A stretch of DNA of 64,000 nucleotides, from NCBI GenBank assembly GCA_951406725.2, contig OX597837.1, positions 25,792,001 to 25,856,000 of the forward strand, written 5' to 3'. The DNA comes from Octopus vulgaris (taxonomy: Eukaryota). Shown here one piece after another: positions 38,838 to 50,326 of this stretch. The position numbers and the translations under genes were made by a program. Below the pieces are notes generated by a model, which saw nothing but the letters and a program-made list of their open reading frames with translations, was not told the DNA's origin and did no database searches. Position 1 is the stretch's first letter; every line of letters begins with the position of its first letter.

Positions 38838-39111
38838 TGCTCTGGCTTTCTGCTGTGAATGTATTTTTTCACTTTTTTTTTAATGATTTTCTTCAGTGAA
38901 AAATGGTAGAGTCCATGGTGTTTTCTTTGCCTCCATCTTTGGTGGAAGGAAGAAAAGAAGTGTTCTTCAGATCAGGCACCCGACTGAAATACTTGCTTAA
39001 GAATGTAGTTGACTAAAGAAACCCGAGGGCCAGGTGATGGATGGTGTTAAACTCAATGACAGATTAGGTTTAAAATAAAATTAAAATAAAAAAGGACATA
39101 TTGATAATGTA

Positions 39112-39341
39112 TTTCTTTACTACCCACAAGGGGCTAAACACAGAGGGGACAAACAAGGACAGACAAACGGATTAAGTCGATTACATCGACCCCAGTGCGT
39201 AACTGGTACTTAATTTATCGACCCTGAAAGGATGAAAGGCAAAGTCGACCTCGGCGGAATTTGAACTCAGAACGTAGCGGCAGACAAAATACCGCTAAGC
39301 ATTTCGCCCGGCATGCTAACGTTTCTGCCAGCTCGCCGCCT
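39112..39341 (-). mobile_element. SINE family B monomer (230 bp) with perfect 16 bp TSD
   Basis: ACATATTGATAATGTA at 39096-39111 and 39342-39357. Confidence 0.92.
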
Positions 39342-39398
39342 ACATATTGATAATGTAGTCCTTGTAATACTATGTCTGAGCTGAAGCTGGGATGACCA

Positions 39399-39781
39399 TC
39401 TCTCTCTATATAAACGGCAGTTTGTCTGTGCGTTTTCTGTGTGTCTGTTTTCTCGTACCCTCACTCTGACCACGGCTTTCAACCGATTCTGATGAAACTT
39501 GACACACACATAGCCCAATGTCATAATTCAAAACTAACGCAGCGAAAATTTTGAAAAGTTCCCCCAGTTCTGAAATAGATCGATAAATTCAACATGGGGT
39601 CGACAATCAGAAACCCAAACCACAGACCGTCTAGGGGACGCAACTCCACCTTTTTTAACTCTCAAAAAAATTTACCATAATTTTTTTTCCATTTTTTTGC
39701 TATTTTTTGGCTATAACTCTCTAAAAATGCTTTATAGTTATTTCCCTTACAAACCTGAGCAACGCCAGGCGATACTGCTAG
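39399..39781 (+). mobile_element. Non-autonomous Helitron
   Basis: A|TCTCTCTCTATATAAACGGC...CCTGAGCAACGCCAGG hairpin...CTAG|T. Confidence 0.82.
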
Positions 39782-40196
39782 TCTTAAATACAAACAAAGA
39801 TGGTAAGGCTGTTGATCATAAGTCTACTGAAAATGAGCTGACCTGGGGCTAAACAACAACTACCCCACTACAACAACAACAACCACTGCTGCTGCTACCA
39901 CTGCCACCACCACCTGTACAACTAAAATAGAATATTTATCAAATTTACTTCCAATTTTTACTTTAATGAGCGAATGATAACGAGTTTAAGCTTAGATATT
40001 TAATTATTGATTACAAATATGTGTAATTAGTAATGTGGTGTAAACATGTAATTAGAAATCAAATTTGATAAAAGTAAAGAATTAATGTGTAAAAATAAAA
40101 ATATATTTTTGGAAGTCCTTTAGGATGGAACCGTAAAAGACATATCTCAGCAAATCCTGAAAGATTATTCGGAAAATGAGAAATAGCATAGACGTA

Positions 40197-40404
40197 ATTA
40201 ATTAATGAGAGTGAAAGGAGGAGTCTAAATTATAGGTAACAAATATATTAATTAATGTGAAAAGGAGGAGGAGCTAAATGAGAATTAACAAATATATTAA
40301 TTAATGTGAAAAGGAGGAGGAGCTAAATGAAAATTAATAAATATATTAATTAATGTGAAAAGGAGGAGGAGCTAAATGAAAATTAATAAATATATTAATT
40401 AATG
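40197..40404. repeat. 49 bp minisatellite, about 4 units
   Basis: AAAGGAGGAGGAGCTAAATG starts at 40261, 40310 and 40359, with a degenerate first unit. Confidence 0.88.
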
Positions 40405-40406
40405 TA

Positions 40407-41415
40407 TTGGGTTGTCCGGAAAGTTTGTGCCGATTTATGGTAGCTTACCTTTCGACTTATTTTAGAACATGGTTGAGTCCATAAAATAGGATTTGACTAC
40501 ACCTCCATTTAGAGGACAGTTTAAGCTATCTTTTTGTGGAAGAAGGTTTATCTTCCTACAACCTATGTTAATTCTGTAACCCTTTAAAATGGAAGATAAG
40601 AAAGTTCATTTTCAGCACTTGATGCTTTGGGAACCAGACAAAAATTTCTGCAGCTCAGCTGGGACGTGTTACCCTACCCTCCATATTCACCAGATATGTA
40701 TATATATATGTGTGTGTATGTGTATGGATTAAGTCGATTATATCAACCCCAGTGTGTAACTGGTACTTATTTAATCAACCCCGAAAGAATGGAAAGCAAA
40801 GTTGACCTCAGCGGAATTTGAACTCAGAACGTAGTGGCAGACGAAATACTGCTAAGCATTTCACCGGGTGAGCTAATGTTTCTGCCAGTTCGCCGCCTTG
40901 GGAAGCAAGCTTCTTATTTCTTTATTGCCCACAAGGGGCTACACACAGAGGGAACAAACAAGGACAGACAAATGGATTAAGTCGATTATATCGACCCCAA
41001 TGCATAACTGGTACTTATTTAATCGACCATGAAAGGATGAAAGGCAAAGTTGACCTCGGCGGAATTTGAACTCAGAACGTAATGGCAGACAAAATACCTA
41101 TTTCTTTACTCCCCACAAGGGGCTAAACACAGAGAGGACAAACATGGACAGATTTCCACTTATTCAAGTCTTTGCAGAATAGTCTTAATGGTAAAAATTT
41201 CAATTCCTTGGATGACGTAAAAAGATACCTTGATGAATTCTTTGCCATGAAACCACCTCAGTTCTGGGAAGAGGGTATTTTCAAGTTAAAGGAAAGATGG
41301 AGACGCATTGTGCAACAAAATGGTTCATATTTGGTTGATTAAAAATGTAATGGCAAGTATTTATTGACCTTTTTCTTTCCTTTAAAAATCGGCACAAACT
41401 TTCCAGACAACCCAA
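40407..41415 (+). mobile_element. Internally deleted mariner transposon
   Basis: 30 bp TIRs TTGGGTTGTCCGGAAAGTTTGTGCCGATTT (1 mismatch) and TA TSD. Encodes N-terminus MEDKKVHFQHLMLWE, WDVLPYPPYSPD, and DFHLFKSLQNSLNGKNF...WRRIVQQNGSYLVD*. Confidence 0.93.
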
Positions 41416-41519
41416 TATTTAATGAGCAAAGCAGCTGGTCAGAAAATCTCTATAAGAGATGAAAGTCATAACTATAGTGAGGAATAATGTTTATCACCAT
41501 ATCAATATAAGGCTCTTCC

Positions 41520-41905
41520 GTGGAGGCGCAATGGCCCAGTGGTTAGGGCAGCGGACTCGCGGTCGTAGAATCGTGGTTTCGATTCCCAGACCGGGCGTTG
41601 TGAGTGCTTATTGAGCGAAAATACCTAAAGCTCCACGAGGCTCCGGCAAGGGATGGTGGTGATCCCTGCTGTACTCTTTCACCACAACTTTCTCTCAATC
41701 TTACTTCCTGTTTCTGTTGTACCTGTATTTCAAAGGGCCGGCCTTGTCACTCTCTGTGTCACGCTGAATATCCCCGAGAACTACGTTAAGGGTACACGTG
41801 TCTGTGGAGTGCTCAGCCACATACACGTTAATTTCACGAGCAGGCTGTTCCGTTGATCGGATCAACCGGAACCCTCGTCGTCGTAACCGACGGAGTGCTT
41901 CCATC
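41520..41905 (+). mobile_element. tRNA-Arg-like SINE, family E subtype 1
   Basis: Near-identical to 31531-31919. Confidence 0.85.
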
Positions 41906-42139
41906 CATGAGGCTGTTCCATAGGAACTGACGCAACTAGCATGCCTTCTCCAGCTGGTTACTGATGCAATCTGCACCTGATATATATTGCAAGCAGAGGA
42001 GTGAACCCCAACCATCTTCTAGCAGATAATGGAACCACCAGACCACATGGTTTCAAGCTACTTGTGCTCATCTTCAGAGACAAATGAGACAAGGAGGCGG
42101 AGCTAAATGAGAATTAACAAATATATTTAATTAATGCCG

Positions 42140-42650
42140 AAGACATGTAAAGACTAGAGAGGAACAAAGCTGGTATGCTCCTCTGCTGGATGTGCAATGT
42201 CAGAATACATGTGCAGCAGAGCGCAAGTGTCATCATCATCATCATCATCGTTGAATGTCCGTTTTCCGCGCTAGCACGGGTTGGACAGTTCGACCGGGTT
42301 CTGGGAAGCCAGGGGCTGCTCCAGGCTCCAGTCTGATCTGGCAGAGTTTCTACGGCTGGATGCCCTTCCTAACGCCAACCACTCCGCGAGTGTAGTGGGT
42401 GCGTTTTACGTGCCACCGGCACAGTGTATTGAAAGAAACGTTGGGCAAAAGAGTGAGGACTGTGCTGGTTGGGTCATGTAGTGTGTATGGATGAGGAGAG
42501 TTATATGAAGAAGTGTCAATCATTTAAAGTGGATGGAACTTGTGAAAGAGGGAGACCTAGGAAGACATGGGGTGAAGTACTGAAGGTTGATCTCAAAATG
42601 CTGAGCCTCGTGAAGGAGATGACAGAGCCAAGGTATCTGGTGGTTTACTA
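42140..42650 (+). mobile_element. RTE-clade LINE fragment interrupted by a family D copy (42231-42424, -)
   Basis: LERNKAGML..WMCNV before the insertion and GHVVCMDEESYMKKCQSFKVDGTCERGRPRKTWGEVLKVDLK after it. Confidence 0.8.
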
Positions 42651-42792
42651 TTCTCAAAAAGGCCTGCTTGCCAGAGCAGAATCGATATCCTACAACCACC
42701 TTGGTAATGCATGTTCTCTCCTTCTCTGGAGCACATGTATTTTGAGGTCCAACATCAGGTTGGGACTGAGCTCTTGTATTTTAAATGTCTTT

Positions 42793-43184
42793 TTTACTCT
42801 TTTCCTTGTCTCAGTCATTTGACTGTGGCCATGCTGGAGCACCGCCTTTAGTCGAGCAAATCGACCACAGGACTTATTCTGTGTAAGCCTAGTACTTATT
42901 TTATCGGTCTCTTTTGCTGAACTGCTAAGTTATGGGGACGTAAACACACCAGCATTGGTTATCAAGCGATGTTGGGGGGACAAACACAGACACACAAACA
43001 CATACACATTTACATATATACGATGGGCTTCTTTCAGTTTCCATCTACCAAATCCACTCACAAGGCCCTGGTCGGCCCGAGGCTATAGTAGAAGACACTT
43101 GCCCAAGGTGCCAAGCAGTGGGACTGAACCTGGAACCATGTGGTTGGTAAGCAAGCTACTTACCACACAGCCACTTCTGCACCT
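42793..43184 (-). mobile_element. SINE family A, full length
   Basis: Matches other copies. Confidence 0.88.
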
Positions 43185-43530
43185 ATGTTCATTTTTATTT
43201 TCCTTTAAATATCACCAATTGAAGAGTACAAATTTGACCATTGCGATGTTCTATTTACAAATATCTTGGTCCATTTCTAAGAAACAATTGTATAGGCATA
43301 TGAAAATAACAACTAAAACCTATTTTAATATCCAGTCTCCTCCATTTCATAAATATGAATAAATTTGTTGAACTTTCCTTAATAAAAGTCATATATTATT
43401 TCTATACAAGCTTTCATATCTATACGACTTTTTAAAAAAAAATTCGAAAGTAAAGTATGAAGAAAAACATTAGAAATCTAAAGAAAAACTCCCTATTAAA
43501 GGATGAACATACATTCATCTGATTATATAT

Positions 43531-43724
43531 ATATAAAATACAGAGTACATTTAAACACATTAAGGTGTCCACCACATGACTCCCTTATGCTAGAAGGAAC
43601 AGCTAAAGTCCAAACCACTAATTAGGCATAATTAGTGGTTTGGACTTTAGCTGTTCCTTCTAGCATAAGGGAGTCACATGATGGACACCTCTTAATGTGT
43701 TAAAACGTACACTGTATTTTATAT
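43531..43724. repeat. Long palindrome / fold-back
   Basis: Perfect 48 bp arms at 43577-43624 and 43629-43676 around a 4 nt loop, with imperfect pairing for ~45 bp further. Confidence 0.93.
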
Positions 43725-44040
43725 GAATGATATATAGTCTATTGACTAATTTTTCTATACGCTAGGCCACTGGTAGTGAACATTTCTAAAATCTTTATTA
43801 CCCTTCTTCATATTAATATATATCTATATATATATATATAGGTAAATGTTCTTATATTTCTGCTGTAGTAACCATGACAATTCAACTGCATAGGTAGTTG
43901 CTATGAAAGTGGTTGCTGTTGTTGTTTAACCCTGGGTCAGCTTTGAACCAGCTGATGTGTGATCAAAACCATTACTGTCATGACCGGACCATAGCCACTT
44001 TGATTCAGGCATAGTATATCTAGGAGTACAATATCCACGT

Positions 44041-44812
44041 GCTGGCAGAAGCGTTAGCACACCGGACGAAATGCTTAGCGGTATGTTGCCTGCCGTTACG
44101 TTCTGAGTTCAAATTCCGCCGAGGTCGACTTTGCCTTTCATCCTTTCGGGGTCGATAAATTAAGTACCAGTAACGCACTGGGGTCGATGTAATCGACTTA
44201 ATACCTATGTCTGCCCTTGTTTGTCCCCTCTGTGTTTAGCCCCTTGTGGGTAGTAAAGAAATAGGTATTTCGTCTGCCGTTACGTTCTGAGTTCAAATTC
44301 TGTTGAGGTCGACTTTGCCTTTCATCCTTTTGGGGTCGATGAATTAAGTACCAGTAACGCACTGGGTCGATGTAATCGACTTAATACCTATGTCTGTCCT
44401 TGTTTGTCCCCTCTGTGTTTAGCCCCTTGTGGGTAGTAAAGAAATAGGTGTTTCGACTGCTGTTACGTTCTGAGTTCAAATTCCGCCGAGGTCGACTTTG
44501 CCTTTCATCCTTTCGGGTCGATGAATTAAGTACCAGTAACGCACTGGGGTCGATGTAATCGACTTAATACCTATGTCTGTCCTTGTTTGTCCCCTCTGTG
44601 TTTAGCCCCTTGTGGGTAGTAAAGAAATAGGTATTTCGCTGCCGTTACGTTCTGAGTTCAAATTCTGTTGAGGTCGACTTTGCCTTTCATCCTTTCGGGG
44701 TCGATGAATTAAGTACCAGTAACGCACTGGGGTCGATGTAATCGACTTAATACCTATGTCTGTCCTTGTTTGTCCCCTCTATGTTTAGCCCCTTGTGGGT
44801 AATAAAGAAATA
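44041..44812 (+). mobile_element. SINE family B head-to-tail tetramer (~183 bp unit)
   Basis: Four units. Only the first has the 5' head. Confidence 0.92.
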
Positions 44813-44901
44813 GGTATGAATGTGCGGTCAATTTGCTGAAGCTGGGGCAAGACACACGTGAAAGTGAGAGATGGAAAATCTATGGAAGTCCAGTGTATGT
44901 G

Positions 44902-44937
<36 letters not shown>

Positions 44938-45269
44938 AGGAGTTGAGTGTGTAAAATCTGTAATTAAGTGCCGCCCACTCTCATACAAGCTGTGTCATTC
45001 ATCCCTATTCGTCTGTAAAAATGTGTATGGCCATGGGGCAGCATTACATTGATTGGAAAAAAAATGAGGGCGGGGGCGTTGCTTTCACTGTCGGAATTCC
45101 ATCCGACATAAGATAGTATGCAGAAGTGGATGTTAAGACAATGGTGATGGTGATGATGATGATGACATATGTGTATACATACATGCAAAATATGTATGTG
45201 TGTATAATCAGATACACACACTCGCAATGTATGTATCCATACATGTGTGTGTGTGCGTGTGTGTGTGAA

Positions 45270-45409
45270 TATATACATACACAAATATATATACACATAC
45301 ATATATATACACACATATACATACATATAGACATTCATTCACACACATACATTTATATACATATAGACATAATTCATACACACATACATATATATATATA
45401 CATACATAC

Positions 45410-45464
<55 letters not shown>

Positions 45465-45589
45465 CATATACATACATACATATACATACATACATATACA
45501 TACATACATATATATACATACATACATATATATACATACATACATATATATACATACATACATATATATACATACATACATATATATAC

Positions 45590-45652
<63 letters not shown>

Positions 45653-45672
45653 TATACATATAGACATACATT

Positions 45673-45708
<36 letters not shown>

Positions 45709-45890
45709 CATACATACATACATATAGACATACATTCACACAAACACACACATATATAGATAGATACACACACATATACAGACACACATACATATATATA
45801 CATACATATAGACATACAATCACACACACACACATATAGATAGATACACACATATATCTGTGTATGTGTGTGTGTACATATATTTACACA
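45270..45890. repeat. (TACA/TA/CA) compound microsatellite
   Basis: Seen directly in the sequence. Confidence 0.92.
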
Positions 45891-45949
45891 GTTTGTCAAT
45901 AGAGCTTACCCAGCGGAAACAGAAATGTCTTAGCTTTCCTGACGTCATC

Positions 45950-46045
<96 letters not shown>

Positions 46046-46276
46046 ATGTAACCGAGGCTACATACTTTTGCAGTACTGTTAATACGACAATACAAGAAGA
46101 CATAATCAAATATACAGAAGGAACCACAACAACAAGTCTATGAATGAAGATTGTGTTTTTTTGATTAAATAGAAGTAACAGCAGGAATGGTAAGAAGGAA
46201 TGGTTCCAGACACTAAGTGTTGGAAGGAATGGAAAACGGTGGTACATATTGCTGGTGTGGCTCGGCTAAAAGAAAA

Positions 46277-46879
46277 AACGGCCGTTGCCAGCGCCGCCCC
46301 GACTGGCCTCCGTGCCGGTGGTACGTAAAAAAAGCACCATCCGATTGTGGGCGTTGCCAGCCTCGTCTGGCCCCCGTGTCGGTGGCACGTAAAAAAGCAC
46401 CATCCGATCGTGGCCGTTTGCCAGCCTCATCTGGCCCCCGTGCTGGTGGCACATAAAAAGCACCATCCGATTGTGGTCATTGCCAGGCTTGTCTGGACCC
46501 CGTGCTGGTGGCACATAAAAAGCACCATCCGATTGTGGCCATTGCCAGGTTTGTCTGGCCTCCGTGCCGGTGGCACATAAAAAGCACCATCCGATTGAGG
46601 CCATTGCCAGGCTTGTCTGGCCCCCGTTCCGGTGGCACGTAAAAAGCACCATCCGATCGTGGCCATTTGCCAGACTCCCCTGGCACCTGTGTAGGTGGCA
46701 CGTAAAAAGCACCCACTACACTCACAGAATGGTTGCCGTTAGGAAGGGCATCCAGCTGTAGAAACACTGCCAGATCAGACTGGAGCCTGGTGCAGCCTTC
46801 TGGATTCCCAGATCCCTGGTCGAACCGTCCAACCCATGCTAGCATGGAAAATGGACGTTAAACGATGATGATGATGATG
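46277..46879 (+). mobile_element. Family D element with seven ~62 bp internal tandem units
   Basis: GTGG(C/T)AC(G/A)TAAAAAGCACC-type motif repeated 7 times, then the family core and (GAT)n tail. Confidence 0.88.
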
Positions 46880-46907
46880 TATATATGTGTATATATATAT
46901 ACATACA

Positions 46908-47630
46908 CAAAGGTGTGCTGAAATGTTCCTGGTTTTGGGTAAAAGAAGATACGGGAGGATCTGTTAATTATGATTTTATTCAACACTAGCAGTATCGCCC
47001 GGCGTTGTTCGGGTTTGTAAGGGAAATAACTATATAAGCATTTTTAGAGAGTTACTTCCCTTATAGATGCCAATTCGGGCTTTCTTAGCCATTTCTGTTT
47101 TGGTGTCTTCAAGCCATGAAGTCGTTGTTCTAAAAGAACGCTGGTCTCCTTGACAACGCATTACGACGTTGATTTCTTTACACTCCCTTCCCCACAGCTT
47201 CACGAGGGAGGGAAGGGGGAGAAGCAAACAGGTGCAGCTGTGAGCGTGGACGCCAACTCCGCCGCCATCGACATACGATGCATTTTATGCATTAAAATGG
47301 AATAAAAAATGATGTTAAATTATTTTTAAAATCGTAGACTCATCGTTGACACGCGCTAATAGCCAGACGGGCTCGATATTAATCACGACTATAAGATACC
47401 CGAATTTGGTTAAACTGCACCGCAAAATGTGGGAGTAGTTAGGAATCTAAATCGAAGGGGACAGACACTCACACAACTACAGTTTTATATATATAGATAT
47501 TCCCCTCTCAGATTCACATACTTATTGCAACAGTCATTCAGTTTTTCTAAGACCTGTAAAAGAACTTGGAAGATAGGGCCTCCAGCCAGGCCTTTCACAA
47601 TACCCTTAAAGCCAGGAACTTTATGCCCCC
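46908..47630. mobile_element. Mariner-type MITE split by a Helitron insertion
   Basis: Imperfect inverted ends GTGCTGAAATGTTCCTGGTTTT / AAAGCCAGGAACTTT. Confidence 0.55.
46986..47497 (-). mobile_element. Non-autonomous Helitron
   Basis: Inserted between A46985 and T47498. Minus strand TC...CCCGAACAACGCCGGG...CTAG. The 3' ~65 bp are shared with 39399-39781. Confidence 0.82.
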
Positions 47631-47634
47631 AAAC

Positions 47635-47692
<58 letters not shown>

Positions 47693-47986
47693 AAAAAGGG
47701 TAAAATTAATTAATCAAGAAAGTAATCAATAATTTCACCAAGTAGAATTCGGCATGAAAAAAGACCATTTCATGGTAAACTTAAGTAATACTTTATAATT
47801 AGGGTTCAGCAAAGATTTGCTTTACCACATACCGAAGTTTAGAAATAGCAGTCAAAAAACCTTATATATTTCTTCTACTTTAAAAAGGGACTCCCAGAGA
47901 AACCAAAGGTAAAGCATATCTTTGCTGAACCCTAATTATAAAGTATATATATATATATGTATACATATATATATATATATGTATAC

Positions 47987-48053
<67 letters not shown>

Positions 48054-48122
48054 TATGTATATATACATGTATATATACATATGTATATATATGTATATAT
48101 ACATGTATATATACATGTATAT

Positions 48123-48192
<70 letters not shown>

Positions 48193-48348
48193 GTATATAT
48201 ATGTATATATATATATATATATAAAAATACATACAGAGTTTTATCTTGACTATCGAGTAATGTAACATATTATTGTATAGATAAATTTCCTCTATTTACA
48301 TAATATTGAGGTCTCTTTCTTTCTTTTGTTATCTTACCGTTTTATCAA

Positions 48349-48392
<44 letters not shown>

Positions 48393-48797
48393 GTGTGTGT
48401 GCACGCACTGCAGATATAAAGTTAATGATCTAGATATAAATATTGTAAATGTACACAATAAATGTGAAGTCAACAAGTCTGGAAAATTATATTATTGTTA
48501 ACAAAATCTCACTTTGCATAGTTAGACATTTACTCAGTGGTGGGTTATTCAAATATATTTTGTGGACAGAAAATCTCATAAGAATAGAATTACTTCCAAA
48601 TATGACAATATCGTAAACAATGATTTAAGAACATCAGTTTATGAAGAAGGAACTGAAGAATTAAATCAGTTTTATTCCCTTTTTCTCAAAACTATTTAAT
48701 GTTCTACATATTCGTTTCATACCAAGAATATTTTATGATTAGGCAGGCAGCAGCTGAATTTGGAGAGACCGAACTGTTTTAGTTTTAGTTACATCAA

Positions 48798-49460
48798 TAG
48801 GCGCAGGAGTGGCTGTGTGGTAAGTAGCTTGCTAACCAACCACATGGTTCTGGGTTCAGTCTCACTGTGTGGCATCTTGGGCAAGTGTCTTCTGCTACAG
48901 CCCCAGGCTGACCAAAGCCTTGTGAGTGGATTTGGTAGACGGAAACTGAAAGAAGCCCGTCGTATATATGTATATATATGTGTGTGTGTGTGTGTGTTTG
49001 TGTGTCTGTGTTTGTACCCCTAGCATTGCTTGACAACCTATTTCTTTACTACCCACAAGGGGCTAAACACAGAGAGGACAAACAAGGACAGACAAAGGTA
49101 TTAAGTCGGTTATATCGACCCCAGTGCGTAACTGGTACTTAATCTATCGACCCCGAAAGGATGAAAGGTAAAGTTGACCTCGGCGGAATTTGAACTCAGA
49201 ACGTAACGCCAGACGAAATACCGCTAAGCATTTCGCCCAGCGTGCTAACGTTTCTGCCAGCTCGCCGCCTTCATTCTTGCTTGACAACCGATGCTGGTGT
49301 GTTTACGTCCCCGTCACTTAGCGGTTCGGCAAAAGAGACCGATTGAATAAGTACTGGGCTTACAAAGAATAAGTCCCGGGGTCGATTTGCTCGACTAAAG
49401 GCGGTGCTCCAGCATGGCCGCAGTCAAATGACTGAAACATGTAAAAGAGTAAAAGAGTAA
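48798..49460 (+). mobile_element. SINE family A with a nested family B monomer (49039-49270, -)
   Basis: 13 bp duplication TTGCTTGACAACC at 49026-49038 and 49277-49289. Confidence 0.9.
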
Positions 49461-49539
49461 TGTAAATTTACAGTAATAACTGGTCGGTGAGGCGGCTTTA
49501 TTATTTGGTTAAGGAAATAACTTCAGTTTGGATCTCTTT

Positions 49540-49925
49540 GTGCCGGTGGCATGTAAGAGAACCTTCCGTTTCGCGACCGTTGCCAGTGCCGCCCCGACTG
49601 GCCTCGTGCCAGTGGCACGTAAAAAGCACCATCCGTTCGTGTCCGCTGCCAGCCTCGCCTGGCCCTCGTGCCGGTGGCACATAAAAAGCACCATCCGTTC
49701 GTGGCCGTTTGCCAGCTCTGTCTGGCACCTGTGCGGGTGGCACGTAAAAAGCACCCACTACACTCACGGAGTGGTTGGCGTTAGGAAGGGCATCCAGCCG
49801 TAGAAACACTGCCAGATTTGACTGGGCCTGATGAAGCCTTCTGGCTTCCAGGACCCCAGTAGAACCGTCCAACCCATGCTAGCATGGAAAGCGGACGCTA
49901 AACGATGATGATGATGATGATGATG
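49540..49925 (+). mobile_element. Family D element
   Basis: Internal repeats, family core and (GAT)n tail. Confidence 0.85.
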
Positions 49926-50326
49926 AATTACAGAGAGAGAAAAAAAAATGTAATTCATATTTGAGGGAATGAATTAGTTCTGACTGCAGTGACATATTTA
50001 TTGAATACAGCAAGTTCAACCATGGTTGATAGTGGTTTAAGAAAAGAGGGGGGAAAATTTAGAAAAAGACACATTTGATGTTATTTGGAGAGAAGAGCTT
50101 ATTCAACATGAAAGTCTGCCAGGGAAAAATCAGAATGGAAAAAAGAATTCAAATCTTTTGATGATCAGAAGAAAAGTTGCTGCAGGGAATTTTGGCAGAA
50201 GTTGTAAAAGTTCAGGGAAGTCATTTAATAGCAGAAGATGAAATGGTGTTTGTTCCAAAAAGCATGGACAGATATAGAGAGTAGTTTTTAAATTGGAGGT
50301 CATCTTATGTCAAGAATACAAGAATA

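Noticed and set aside
44041-46712. Regular arrays resembling CRISPR
   Set aside because: The units are tandem repeats without unique spacers. The context is eukaryotic and there are no cas genes.
1283-48268. Numerous YI/HT/CV-rich, poly-K/R/S/L/F/N and LS/ER ORFs in the track
   Set aside because: They are translations of microsatellites that lack stop codons, with no domain signature or splice support.
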